Below, piece by piece: positions 29,428-38,464 of a stretch of DNA of 64,000 bases. A program made the position numbers and the translations under genes. The stretch comes from an uncultured delta proteobacterium (GTDB lineage Bacteria > Desulfobacterota > Syntrophia > Syntrophales > UBA2185). Position 1 is the stretch's first letter, and each line of letters opens with the position of its first letter. Location: assembly GCA_963729715.1 (NCBI GenBank), contig CAVSPA010000016.1, positions 28,064 through 92,063 of the forward strand, in the 5' to 3' direction. The notes under the pieces are model-generated. The model was not told the origin of the DNA, did no database searches, and saw only the letters and a list, made by a program, of their open reading frames with translations.

Positions 29428-30879
29428 TTACTCCTCCCTGGACATTCTCCACAACTCATCCAATGCCGGCAGAAGCCTTTGCCCGCTGGTCAGCCTTATC
29501 CCGCGCTCCCTGATCCCTTTCAACAAAGTCCAGTAGATACCGTCGAAGCCGGGATCTAACAAGCCGCTTAGCTGTTCCTGATGCCAGATAAGCGAAACAC
29601 AGCCTCCCGATTTTTCCACAGGCCGAATTTGCTCCATACAATGATCCAATGCTTCACCGGATGAAAAGCGGTAGGTTGTAGCGAGCGTTGTGTCCATCAG
29701 GATAAAAGGTATTTCCCACAGAGAAAAGGGCTTAGCCTTCTCGATGTCATAAGGTCTAAACGGAAATAATGTGCCCGCGCGAGGACCACTCATGTCATTG
29801 TAACCTACCGACATGTCATATTCCAACCCTGCCCTTTCCAATTCGGGGAAGAATGTGGCAGGATGAAAATTGAGGTAATGCTGTCGATGTCCGGAAATAT
29901 TCGTCCCAAGAATTTTTTCCAGTTCGCATCTTTCCTCGGCTATTCCTCCCTGCATTCTTCCCGCCTTATAGCTTCCATGGAGACAGATTTCAAATCCTCT
30001 GTGAAGGAGATTTCTCAAATCGTCCGCTGTGCTGTAATATCTCGAGAGATCATAGACAGGATCGCTCCTGTGCCTTCGCTTGACGGTAAATTGAAAAGAA
30101 GAAATTGCCCCCAGCGTGGTTTCCGCATCGGCAATGGTTTCTATTGCATTATAAGGCACGGGCTGGAAGAAGGCTTTCCTGTATTTACCCATGACCTGCC
30201 ATGCCTGAGTCGCGCTTCTCCTCGTCCACAGTTGTCTTAACACTGCCCGAAGAAACCGCCGCATACCACGATTAGCACGTGTCGGCATATAGTCGACATC
30301 ATGAGTGAGAACGACCGTCCCCGGGGCAAGAATCGGTGCATCTTTCCCCTGCCCTTCGACGCGAGGCCATCCAATTTTTTCCGCCTCAAGAGCAATACTG
30401 TTTAGCCAGAGATCCGCTAGGGGTTCCGGTTTGGGAAAACCCGCCCCCGTCCACCAGTCTTCCGCAAAACATATCCACCCGTCTTCTTTTTCAGGACGGT
30501 TCTTTCTTTCAAAAAGAAGGTTAAGGAGGGCATGCGCCCCCGCAATGACATCCGCCTTAATCCATCCCCGTTTATTGAAATCATCTCCCCTTGGGTGATA
30601 AAACGGCAATCGTCCGGCATGCTCTCCTCTAAGGAGAATCCCCGCCCGGCTGTCGGTCATATGCCTCTTGACACCAGGTGAAGATAAGATGACGAGATCG
30701 CCTTCCTTGACCGATATCTCTGTCGGATTTTCCGTTGTAGAGTATATGATCCGGCGCTCCGCCCGCGGACGGAGAGTCCACCCCACGCGCATGGCCAGAT
30801 GGCGCAATGTATGAATTACGGCCTCTCTATCAAATGGCTCTCCAAAGAAAACCACTTCCACCGGCAGTCTTTCAGACAT
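29428..30879 (-). CDS. Polysaccharide deacetylase-like (NodB/CE4-fold) protein
   Basis: LTHDVD, EICLHGSY, GHRQHYL, YDMSVGY..GPRAGT..PF, EIPFILMD, LIWH. Confidence 0.72.
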   Translation of the reverse strand: MSERLPVEVVFFGEPFDREAVIHTLRHLAMRVGWTLRPRAERRIIYSTTENPTEISVKEGDLVILSSPGVKRHMTDSRAGILLRGEHAGRLPFYHPRGDDFNKRGWIKADVIAGAHALLNLLFERKNRPEKEDGWICFAEDWWTGAGFPKPEPLADLWLNSIALEAEKIGWPRVEGQGKDAPILAPGTVVLTHDVDYMPTRANRGMRRFLRAVLRQLWTRRSATQAWQVMGKYRKAFFQPVPYNAIETIADAETTLGAISSFQFTVKRRHRSDPVYDLSRYYSTADDLRNLLHRGFEICLHGSYKAGRMQGGIAEERCELEKILGTNISGHRQHYLNFHPATFFPELERAGLEYDMSVGYNDMSGPRAGTLFPFRPYDIEKAKPFSLWEIPFILMDTTLATTYRFSSGEALDHCMEQIRPVEKSGGCVSLIWHQEQLSGLLDPGFDGIYWTLLKGIRERGIRLTSGQRLLPALDELWRMSREE

Positions 30880-31912
30880 CCTTTCTCCCCACCAGGTCCC
30901 GTATATGACCCTCAATCATCTCCGGAATATAAGATAAACTTTCGACGAGCCTGTCCTTCTGCCCTCGCATATGTTCCTTGGACGGCGGCGTATCGGCCAT
31001 GGCAAGCGCTGCCGCAACAGCATCAGCGCCATAACCATAAACCTGCATTAGTCTGAACTCATCCGACAGAACCTTCATATTTCCGCATTCACCGGCCCAT
31101 GTCGACGCCAGCACCGATGGCACACCCATTAGCGCCGCCTCAGCACACATACTGGGGCTTTCTCCCACGACCAGCCGCGCAAAGGCCATAACATGATGCA
31201 TCCTGTCTATCCTGATGGCGATTGCGAATCTTCTGAGCGCCTCCGGAGGTGTAGTTTCCGTCGTCAAGACCACCTTCATTCTCAAAGAGAGCTGCTCTAT
31301 CAATCGAGTAGCGTCCTCCACACTGAATCCTTTTTCTCCCTGATCGTGGACGGCATCCCAGCGGACGAAGCGCACCACGGCATAAGGCTCCCCAGGATCA
31401 ATCCCTTCGCCTCTTACGAGTTCGGGATCCGGGGTAAATTCATCAGGATGCAAATAGCTCCATTCGTGAAAGCTGCGATAGCGGTAGTGACGCCTGCCAA
31501 AGTCTCTGGCAAACCACTCCGGCGTGAGAACCCTGTCGGCAAAGGGAAAGGCTATCCTGTTACTGAGTTCCGCCGTTTCTGTATCGGTCAGGGCAATGTT
31601 GGGAATGCCGAGCATACGAGATGGAAGTGACGTCGTTATACCGCCGATGGATAGGACAATATCCGGACGATAGTCCCGGAGAATCATTGTGAATTTAAAC
31701 CAGCGTTTTAATAACTCCTGCGCAAGGCCGATGCCCCTCTTCTGTTTAGATAAGCAGATATAGGGAATGCTGAAGAGATCAAGGAGCTGATGCGTAATAT
31801 CTTTATCACGCGTGACAATCATAAGCTCGTGGCCGTGTTCCTGCCACCTCTTAATCAACGGCCGGAAGAAATGCACATGCTTGGGATGCAGTATATCTAT
31901 CAAAAATTTCAC
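30872..31912 (-). CDS. DUF354-family protein (GT-B-like fold)
   Basis: IDILHPKHVHFF, RDKD...LL, DTE, E.SYLHP..F.PD, VGES.SM.AEAALMGVP. Confidence 0.78.
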   Translation of the reverse strand: MKFLIDILHPKHVHFFRPLIKRWQEHGHELMIVTRDKDITHQLLDLFSIPYICLSKQKRGIGLAQELLKRWFKFTMILRDYRPDIVLSIGGITTSLPSRMLGIPNIALTDTETAELSNRIAFPFADRVLTPEWFARDFGRRHYRYRSFHEWSYLHPDEFTPDPELVRGEGIDPGEPYAVVRFVRWDAVHDQGEKGFSVEDATRLIEQLSLRMKVVLTTETTPPEALRRFAIAIRIDRMHHVMAFARLVVGESPSMCAEAALMGVPSVLASTWAGECGNMKVLSDEFRLMQVYGYGADAVAAALAMADTPPSKEHMRGQKDRLVESLSYIPEMIEGHIRDLVGRKDV

Positions 31913-31917
31913 GGGAG

Positions 31918-32697
31918 CTACGTCTCCTTCACAGCCAATGCTACGAGACCCGAGCCGCTTTTCCGCGCTCGGTAAAATGAACCCAAGAAGCTGAGAAATA
32001 GCAGCAAAGGAAAAACCAATGCATAAAGACCCTTATTTCTTTCCTTCGCACCTGTTATCAGCTTGCTTATATCATTAGCCAACGTCTCCATAGTATTATA
32101 ATTATAGATACATGTTTTAACATGAAGCCCCCCTCCGATAAGAAGACGCGTCAATTCATCCTTTGTGTAACCCGCTCTCACATGCCCGTCAATATCCATC
32201 CAGTTTTCTCTTTTCCAGCCGAAGATGTTCCGTGTCAGATGCGGCACGTGCACAAGCAGATGGCCACCCGGTTCAAGGGCTTCATAAAACATTTTCACGG
32301 CGCCGAGATCGTCATCCAGATGTTCAAGCATATCCATTGAGATGACCAAATCAAATCTGCCTAATTCAGGAATTCTCATAGCGTCCATGGTAATAAATTG
32401 CATCTTCTTGAATCCCACTTTCTCGGCAATTTCGCTATTGACCCTGTTTTGATTTTCATCGAGATCGACACCAAAAACTTCAGCGGCGGGAAAGCGTCTT
32501 GCACAGGCAAGGGTAATCATACCCCGGCCGCATCCCGCATCGGCGATTCTGCGGGGCTCGGGAATTTGTTCCAGAAAAGGAAGGGTGGTGCGAGCGCGTA
32601 CACGAAGCCCTAAGATAGGCGCGCCAAAAAGTTTCACGTATATTCGTTCCAGCGGAGACAATCCCGGAGTCAGCGCTATTTCTGAACCAAATGGCAT
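31918..32697 (-). CDS. Class I SAM-dependent methyltransferase
   Basis: IADAGCGRG, FGVD, FDLVISMDMLEH, LEPGG...HVP, GHVR.GY. Confidence 0.85.
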   Translation of the reverse strand: MPFGSEIALTPGLSPLERIYVKLFGAPILGLRVRARTTLPFLEQIPEPRRIADAGCGRGMITLACARRFPAAEVFGVDLDENQNRVNSEIAEKVGFKKMQFITMDAMRIPELGRFDLVISMDMLEHLDDDLGAVKMFYEALEPGGHLLVHVPHLTRNIFGWKRENWMDIDGHVRAGYTKDELTRLLIGGGLHVKTCIYNYNTMETLANDISKLITGAKERNKGLYALVFPLLLFLSFLGSFYRARKSGSGLVALAVKET

Positions 32698-33893
32698 TAA
32701 TGCCCTCCCATAACTTCCGTTCTTCTTAACAGTGAGAGTAACACTCCGAGCCCACGGACCATCCAGCCGTTACACCAATGGAGCAGGGTGAACCGCTTGC
32801 TCAGGAATCGGCCTTTCTGATAGGTAAATTCTCCATCTCCTTTATAGAAATTCTGAAGACCCCAGAATGCTATGCGAAGAGCCATATCCCGGTCATCAGC
32901 CTTGGCAAAGGTCAGAATACCCTGGGCGGAACCGTGAACGTCATGTGGCATGACCTTATCGCTCGCCCACTTCGGAGCGCCGTTTGCGAGAAACAGGTTT
33001 TTCCTATAGAATTTCAGGCCGTGTTCATAGTAGTTCCGGAAGCGCCCGTCCCCTGTCGCATTTTCATAATCCAGATATGCATCCAGAATCATGCCCGTAT
33101 GATAGTTGTCATGGGCCACCAGGCTCTGCCTGGGATTCGTGGTATAATACCATGCTCCGTAGGAAGTTTGCAGGCGAGACACGAAGGAGAGAAGCTTTTG
33201 CGCCTGATCCAGAAGGAAAGTCTCACCCGTCAACGCGCCCACCTGAGCCATAAATGCCGCAGCCTGAGCATTAATATTTATCACGGCAAACCCTGTTTTC
33301 ATCTTTGGAACGTATGAGATGCATTTTTCCTCTTCAGTTTCGTGCAGCACTTCTAAATCAGATAGAATAAAATCAACAGCGCTCCGGGCAGTCATGAGGT
33401 AAGCCTCATTGCCAAGCAGGCGAAAGCCGTGTAAGAGAGCACCCCCGGCGATGACGGTAATGTAGCAATTGGGATAACCCGGCGGCTGGAAGAAGCCCGG
33501 GCTCTGCCAGGGATGATGGTAGCCCCAACAGCTGCCGTGATAATTTCCTTTCTCTGCCGAAGTATTTTCCATCAACCATCGCAGACAACTTTCCGCCCTT
33601 TGCCGGAAAGGCTGGACGGCATTCATGGAAAGCATATCCAAATTGGCCCTGGCAAATAGCGCCGGACTTTCCGAATTAATGCCCTTCCTTACAAGGAGAA
33701 CGGGCCGCAGATTCATAGGCGCCCGCATGACCGCCTGTGTCCAGATGAGGCGGAGCAGCCAGCTATTGAAAGATAAAGCGCGAACCAGCGGACTGTGAAG
33801 ACCGTCAAATTTGGAATAACCTACGTAACCCAAAAATTGAGCCCGGTCTAAGGCGACGGACAGAATTTTTTCAATTTCCCTGATATCGATCAT
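32697..33893 (-). CDS. Hypothetical (alpha/alpha)-barrel-like protein of glycan loci
   Basis: 398-aa ORF coupled to the downstream gene. WGYHHPWQS, YGAWYY, DNYHTG, DVHGSAQG and WCNGWM repeats suggest a six-hairpin toroid; function unknown. Confidence 0.55.
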   Translation of the reverse strand: MIDIREIEKILSVALDRAQFLGYVGYSKFDGLHSPLVRALSFNSWLLRLIWTQAVMRAPMNLRPVLLVRKGINSESPALFARANLDMLSMNAVQPFRQRAESCLRWLMENTSAEKGNYHGSCWGYHHPWQSPGFFQPPGYPNCYITVIAGGALLHGFRLLGNEAYLMTARSAVDFILSDLEVLHETEEEKCISYVPKMKTGFAVININAQAAAFMAQVGALTGETFLLDQAQKLLSFVSRLQTSYGAWYYTTNPRQSLVAHDNYHTGMILDAYLDYENATGDGRFRNYYEHGLKFYRKNLFLANGAPKWASDKVMPHDVHGSAQGILTFAKADDRDMALRIAFWGLQNFYKGDGEFTYQKGRFLSKRFTLLHWCNGWMVRGLGVLLSLLRRTEVMGGH

Positions 33894-33991
33894 TGATGAT
33901 CACCCATAGATGGGAACATAATATTTTCTCGAACATGATGCAAGGAAAGTAAGAACAGCGGGAACTCAAATATTTCGACCGCCCGCCTCGA

Positions 33992-35866
33992 CTACGGACA
34001 TCGTCTCTTGGTGAGTCCGGAACGGGATGCCACTCTGCTAAAATGATCGGATGTCCTGTAATCATTCTTCGCCCTGAAGGCTTCTGACAGCAACGAATAA
34101 GCGTTTAAAGTGTCTCCGCCTAAACGTATTGCACTTCGGGCCTGTTTGATGGCTGCAGCAGGATCTCCTTCGCGAAGGCAGATATGGCCAAGATTGACAT
34201 AGAAAAAGGCGGTGTCACGCTTGAGGGATATTGCTTTTTTCATTGCCAGCTCAGCCTCAGACGGCTTCTTTTTGAGCATCAGCAAGGCAGCTTTATTGTT
34301 GTAAAGATCGGTGTTATCAGGGAGGCCTGCCAAGGCTTTTTCAACGTAGATAATGGCATTCTCGTAATCGCCGCTTAAGAGATAATATTCCCCCAGCAGT
34401 TGATAGATTTTGAATTTCATCCTGACGTCCCATGACGGGGGTGAATTAAGCGCCTTCGTCAATTCGACATACGCCTCCGGAAAACGGCCGGCTTTCGACA
34501 GGGCCGCTCCGAGATTACCATGAGCCATCTCAAGACCAGGTGCTTTGCGGGCATTGTCCGTCCACAGGGATATTTCATTCTTAAGGACATCATTGTAGAA
34601 ATAAACATTCATGCCCATGATAATAATGATTGCCGTAACCGCAGACGATAGAACGAGAATAATCCTTCTTCTCTTTTCAAAGTAGGTCAGGGCGTAAACG
34701 ATGAGGATAGACAAAGGGACGAAAAAAAGCATCGCAGGAAGGTAATTCCGATGCTCGTAAATAATGCCAAGGGAAATAAACGATCCTTCAATTAAATGGT
34801 TCACGAAAAAGAAAATGATGCAATAGGAGATGAGGGGTCTCTTCCGGGAGATCAATACAGCCGCGGCCAGGATCAGCAATAGCACAATAACGGCAGCAAT
34901 GGTCGTCCAGGGGTCAAAGAGCGATTTTGAAATCTCCATATCATGAATCAACATCATCCTCGACGTGATGGGGTAAAGCAAAAGAGAAATATAAAAAATT
35001 ATCACCCGCGGCTGGGTCAACACCCTTTCCCACATCGTGAAGGGCCTGAATTCATCATAGCTTCCCGTGATCGTAGAAAAATCATAATACATAAGTCCAA
35101 TCGCCGGAACTAGAACCAGGGCGAAAAGGCATACCGCCCAATTCTTCTTTATGTGCTCAATTGTCACACCCTGAATGAGAAAAAGATCAAAAAGAAAGAG
35201 GCTTACGGGCAGCATGGCCGCGTTCTCTTTAGAGCCAAGAGACAATATGGCACAAAAAGCAGTTAAGACAAAAAAACCGACGCACTTCCATGTCCTGTCC
35301 GCCCTCCTCCCTTTCAGGTAGAAGTACATGGCCATGATGTAAAACATCGCCACCATGCTAGCCATCCTCTGCACAATGTAGGTGACGGCCATGACCTCTA
35401 CAGGATTAATCGCCCAGAACAGCGTGGCCAGAAGTGCTATAGAATAAGCATTCCGCTCATAGCGTCCTTCAAGAATGGGAAGCTTAATGGTATTGTAAAT
35501 GAAAAGGAATAGAAAAACGGAAGTTACATAATGAATGAAGAAGTTGACGACATGATACCAGAAAACATTCAACCCGTCGAAATAGTAGTTCACCGCAAAC
35601 GTAAAATATGAAACAGGCCTCTGCCACCTGCCGCCACCGGCTATACCGTAAAGGCTCTTCCCTATATCCTGCCAGGACAGGGTCTTTATCTGCACGCCGG
35701 CATTCTCAACTATATTTACATAATCGTCAAAATGCCATGAACAATCAAAACTGTTCGCATAGATCACTGCCAATATGAAAAACAGAAGCCCGGCGGCAAA
35801 CAGGGAGGGCCGCCATTTCGAGAGCGACAGTTTCATGTTCAGTTCAAAATCGTTTTCGTTATTCAC
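33992..35866 (-). CDS. TMTC-like GT-C + TPR protein (paralog B)
   Basis: FDDYVNIVEN, WQRPVS, YHVVNFFIH, FWAINPVEVMAVTYIVQR, SKENA, YEHRNYLP, LWTD, then TPRs (AHGNLG). Confidence 0.8.
   Translation of the reverse strand: MNNENDFELNMKLSLSKWRPSLFAAGLLFFILAVIYANSFDCSWHFDDYVNIVENAGVQIKTLSWQDIGKSLYGIAGGGRWQRPVSYFTFAVNYYFDGLNVFWYHVVNFFIHYVTSVFLFLFIYNTIKLPILEGRYERNAYSIALLATLFWAINPVEVMAVTYIVQRMASMVAMFYIMAMYFYLKGRRADRTWKCVGFFVLTAFCAILSLGSKENAAMLPVSLFLFDLFLIQGVTIEHIKKNWAVCLFALVLVPAIGLMYYDFSTITGSYDEFRPFTMWERVLTQPRVIIFYISLLLYPITSRMMLIHDMEISKSLFDPWTTIAAVIVLLLILAAAVLISRKRPLISYCIIFFFVNHLIEGSFISLGIIYEHRNYLPAMLFFVPLSILIVYALTYFEKRRRIILVLSSAVTAIIIIMGMNVYFYNDVLKNEISLWTDNARKAPGLEMAHGNLGAALSKAGRFPEAYVELTKALNSPPSWDVRMKFKIYQLLGEYYLLSGDYENAIIYVEKALAGLPDNTDLYNNKAALLMLKKKPSEAELAMKKAISLKRDTAFFYVNLGHICLREGDPAAAIKQARSAIRLGGDTLNAYSLLSEAFRAKNDYRTSDHFSRVASRSGLTKRRCP
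34669..35766. repeat. Direct repeat copy 1 (~1.1 kb) shared by the two tandem TMTC-like genes
   Basis: Matches 36633-37730 at offset 1964. 34779-35766 appears identical by eye; 34669-34760 has one mismatch, and there is a divergent patch at about 34761-34778. Confidence 0.92.
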
Positions 35867-35919
35867 GACATCTTCTCACACACACAGAAAATAGGAGAAT
35901 TGAAAGACCAAAAATCCGG

Positions 35920-37839
35920 TTATACACCGGTATGCAATGTCAATAATGGTTTATCACCTTCGCACGAAGAATCAGGCGCCTGCAGACTATTTGCGAGTCT
36001 GTAGAAATGATCTGCCGCTTTACGATCCTTTTTCATCCTGAATGCCTCGGAAAAGAGGCTATAAGGTTTTGAAGAATCTCCGCCGAGCATGAGGGCCTTT
36101 TGCGCCGCCTTGATAGCCTGGTCCGGCCGTCCCTCCTTTAACAAAATGCGGGCCAGGGTCAGGTGAAAGGCATATGAATTAGGCATCAGGGCAATCCCGA
36201 TCCCGATGAATTGTTCGGCATCGTTGAGGTGATTCTCTCTCACCTTGATCTCTGCCAGCCTGTTATAAACCGGGTGAAAGGACGGATCTATTTTCAGGGC
36301 TTCAAGATAGTGCATCATGGCTTTTTTATCATCGCCGTTTAGTATATAGTACTCTCCCAACAAACCATGGGTTTTGACTTTCGCCTTGATTTGATCAGCT
36401 AACGGAGATTCAAGCGCCCGCGTCAATTCCACAAAGGCATCAGACATACGGCCGTCAATAAAATAGGCCACCCCCAAATTTTGGCGCACGCGATGCAGCC
36501 GCGGCGTTTTTTCTAAATTGTCGCTCCACAGGGATATCTCATCCTTTAGAATATTATTCTGGATAAAGACCGACACCCCCATGATAATCATGACGGCCGT
36601 AATCACAGACGATAGGATCACAATCATCCTCTTTCTCTTTTCAAAGTAGGTCAGGGCGTAAACGATGAGGATAGACAAAGGGACGAAAAAAAGCATCGCA
36701 GGAAGATAATTCCGATGCTCGTAAACAAGCTCCAGAGAAACGAACGATCCTTCAATTAAATGGTTCACGAAAAAGAAAATGATGCAATAGGAGATGAGGG
36801 GTCTCTTCCGGGAGATCAATACAGCCGCGGCCAGGATCAGCAATAGCACAATAACGGCAGCAATGGTCGTCCAGGGGTCAAAGAGCGATTTTGAAATCTC
36901 CATATCATGAATCAACATCATCCTCGACGTGATGGGGTAAAGCAAAAGAGAAATATAAAAAATTATCACCCGCGGCTGGGTCAACACCCTTTCCCACATC
37001 GTGAAGGGCCTGAATTCATCATAGCTTCCCGTGATCGTAGAAAAATCATAATACATAAGTCCAATCGCCGGAACTAGAACCAGGGCGAAAAGGCATACCG
37101 CCCAATTCTTCTTTATGTGCTCAATTGTCACACCCTGAATGAGAAAAAGATCAAAAAGAAAGAGGCTTACGGGCAGCATGGCCGCGTTCTCTTTAGAGCC
37201 AAGAGACAATATGGCACAAAAAGCAGTTAAGACAAAAAAACCGACGCACTTCCATGTCCTGTCCGCCCTCCTCCCTTTCAGGTAGAAGTACATGGCCATG
37301 ATGTAAAACATCGCCACCATGCTAGCCATCCTCTGCACAATGTAGGTGACGGCCATGACCTCTACAGGATTAATCGCCCAGAACAGCGTGGCCAGAAGTG
37401 CTATAGAATAAGCATTCCGCTCATAGCGTCCTTCAAGAATGGGAAGCTTAATGGTATTGTAAATGAAAAGGAATAGAAAAACGGAAGTTACATAATGAAT
37501 GAAGAAGTTGACGACATGATACCAGAAAACATTCAACCCGTCGAAATAGTAGTTCACCGCAAACGTAAAATATGAAACAGGCCTCTGCCACCTGCCGCCA
37601 CCGGCTATACCGTAAAGGCTCTTCCCTATATCCTGCCAGGACAGGGTCTTTATCTGCACGCCGGCATTCTCAACTATATTTACATAATCGTCAAAATGCC
37701 ATGAACAATCAAAACTGTTCGCATAGATCAGTATCAGTATGACAAACAGAAGAAGAGAGGAAGAGACATATCGCCTCGCGCCCCCCATCTTCCATCTCAT
37801 AGTTAAGGTAAAGTCTTTATCGTGACCATTAATGAGCAT
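35920..37839 (-). CDS. TMTC-like GT-C + TPR protein (paralog A), first gene downstream of the pilin
   Basis: Same membrane-domain motifs as paralog B with a different N-terminal TM and TPR region. The start is uncertain by about 15 codons. Confidence 0.8.
   Translation of the reverse strand: MLINGHDKDFTLTMRWKMGGARRYVSSSLLLFVILILIYANSFDCSWHFDDYVNIVENAGVQIKTLSWQDIGKSLYGIAGGGRWQRPVSYFTFAVNYYFDGLNVFWYHVVNFFIHYVTSVFLFLFIYNTIKLPILEGRYERNAYSIALLATLFWAINPVEVMAVTYIVQRMASMVAMFYIMAMYFYLKGRRADRTWKCVGFFVLTAFCAILSLGSKENAAMLPVSLFLFDLFLIQGVTIEHIKKNWAVCLFALVLVPAIGLMYYDFSTITGSYDEFRPFTMWERVLTQPRVIIFYISLLLYPITSRMMLIHDMEISKSLFDPWTTIAAVIVLLLILAAAVLISRKRPLISYCIIFFFVNHLIEGSFVSLELVYEHRNYLPAMLFFVPLSILIVYALTYFEKRKRMIVILSSVITAVMIIMGVSVFIQNNILKDEISLWSDNLEKTPRLHRVRQNLGVAYFIDGRMSDAFVELTRALESPLADQIKAKVKTHGLLGEYYILNGDDKKAMMHYLEALKIDPSFHPVYNRLAEIKVRENHLNDAEQFIGIGIALMPNSYAFHLTLARILLKEGRPDQAIKAAQKALMLGGDSSKPYSLFSEAFRMKKDRKAADHFYRLANSLQAPDSSCEGDKPLLTLHTGV
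36633..37730. repeat. Direct repeat copy 2 (~1.1 kb)
   Basis: See copy 1. The translations are identical from IYANSFDCSWHFDD to NHLIEGSF. Confidence 0.92.
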
Positions 37840-37853
37840 CTATTTTAAATGAC

Positions 37854-37884
37854 AAAAAAGGGGTGAGGTATAACCCCCACCCCC
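37854..37884 (-). terminator. Intrinsic terminator after the pilin gene
   Basis: Minus strand reads GGGGTGGGG-loop-CCTCACCCC followed by T6. Confidence 0.75.
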
Positions 37885-37910
37885 TCGAGACATGGAAAGC
37901 ATATTAACAG

Positions 37911-38288
37911 TTAACTTCTTGTAATTCCGCCGTTCGCGTCAACAGTGAAGGTTGAACCGCCGCCGGAATGCTGCGTCGACATTTGAATACTGTTTATGGT
38001 ACCAGTTACCACGGTTATCGGCGTGTTACTGCTGAGTCTATAACCATAGGCCGATAAATCCGCTTCAGCAGCAATCGTTCCGCCTGGTGAATCGCTGTAA
38101 AAAGCCTGTGACGCCGTGTATGCATTCCTAACCGCTGAGTTTGCCGATGCGCTGAAACCCCTTGCCCTGTATGCAACGAACTGCGGGATGGCAATGGCTG
38201 CCAAGATACCGATGATAGCAATAACGATCATCAATTCGATCAGCGTAAAGCCCTTCTGTCCTCTTTTCTTGTAAAATGCACGAATCAT
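37911..38288 (-). CDS. pilA: Type IVa major pilin (Geobacter/Syntrophus-type N-terminus), 112-aa mature protein
   Basis: Basic leader ...KKRGQKG/FTLIELMIVIAIIGILAAIAIPQF with Glu5; no Cys. The AAAGGAG RBS favours ATG 38288. Confidence 0.95.
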   Translation of the reverse strand: MIRAFYKKRGQKGFTLIELMIVIAIIGILAAIAIPQFVAYRARGFSASANSAVRNAYTASQAFYSDSPGGTIAAEADLSAYGYRLSSNTPITVVTGTINSIQMSTQHSGGGSTFTVDANGGITRS

Positions 38289-38464
38289 CTTCATCTCTCC
38301 TTTCAATTTGCGCTTAGCATAAATATTTTAATGAGTCAATTTCAGTTTTTGGTGTAATCTGTTGCGATAAACTGATCTGTACTACCACCTCCTTTGTCAC
38401 AAAAATTATATTGTTCCCTTAATCATTGCATTGGAAATATCTGAATTACGTTTGCAAATTATAT

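Noticed and set aside
34669..37730. Insertion sequence or transposon copies explaining the 1.1-kb repeat
   Set aside because: The repeat is in frame within both genes, encodes the membrane domain, and shows no transposase or terminal inverted repeats.
38385..38395. CACCTCCTTT as a remnant of a 16S rRNA 3' end
   Set aside because: No flanking rRNA-like sequence; it is simply a Shine-Dalgarno-like sequence on the minus strand.
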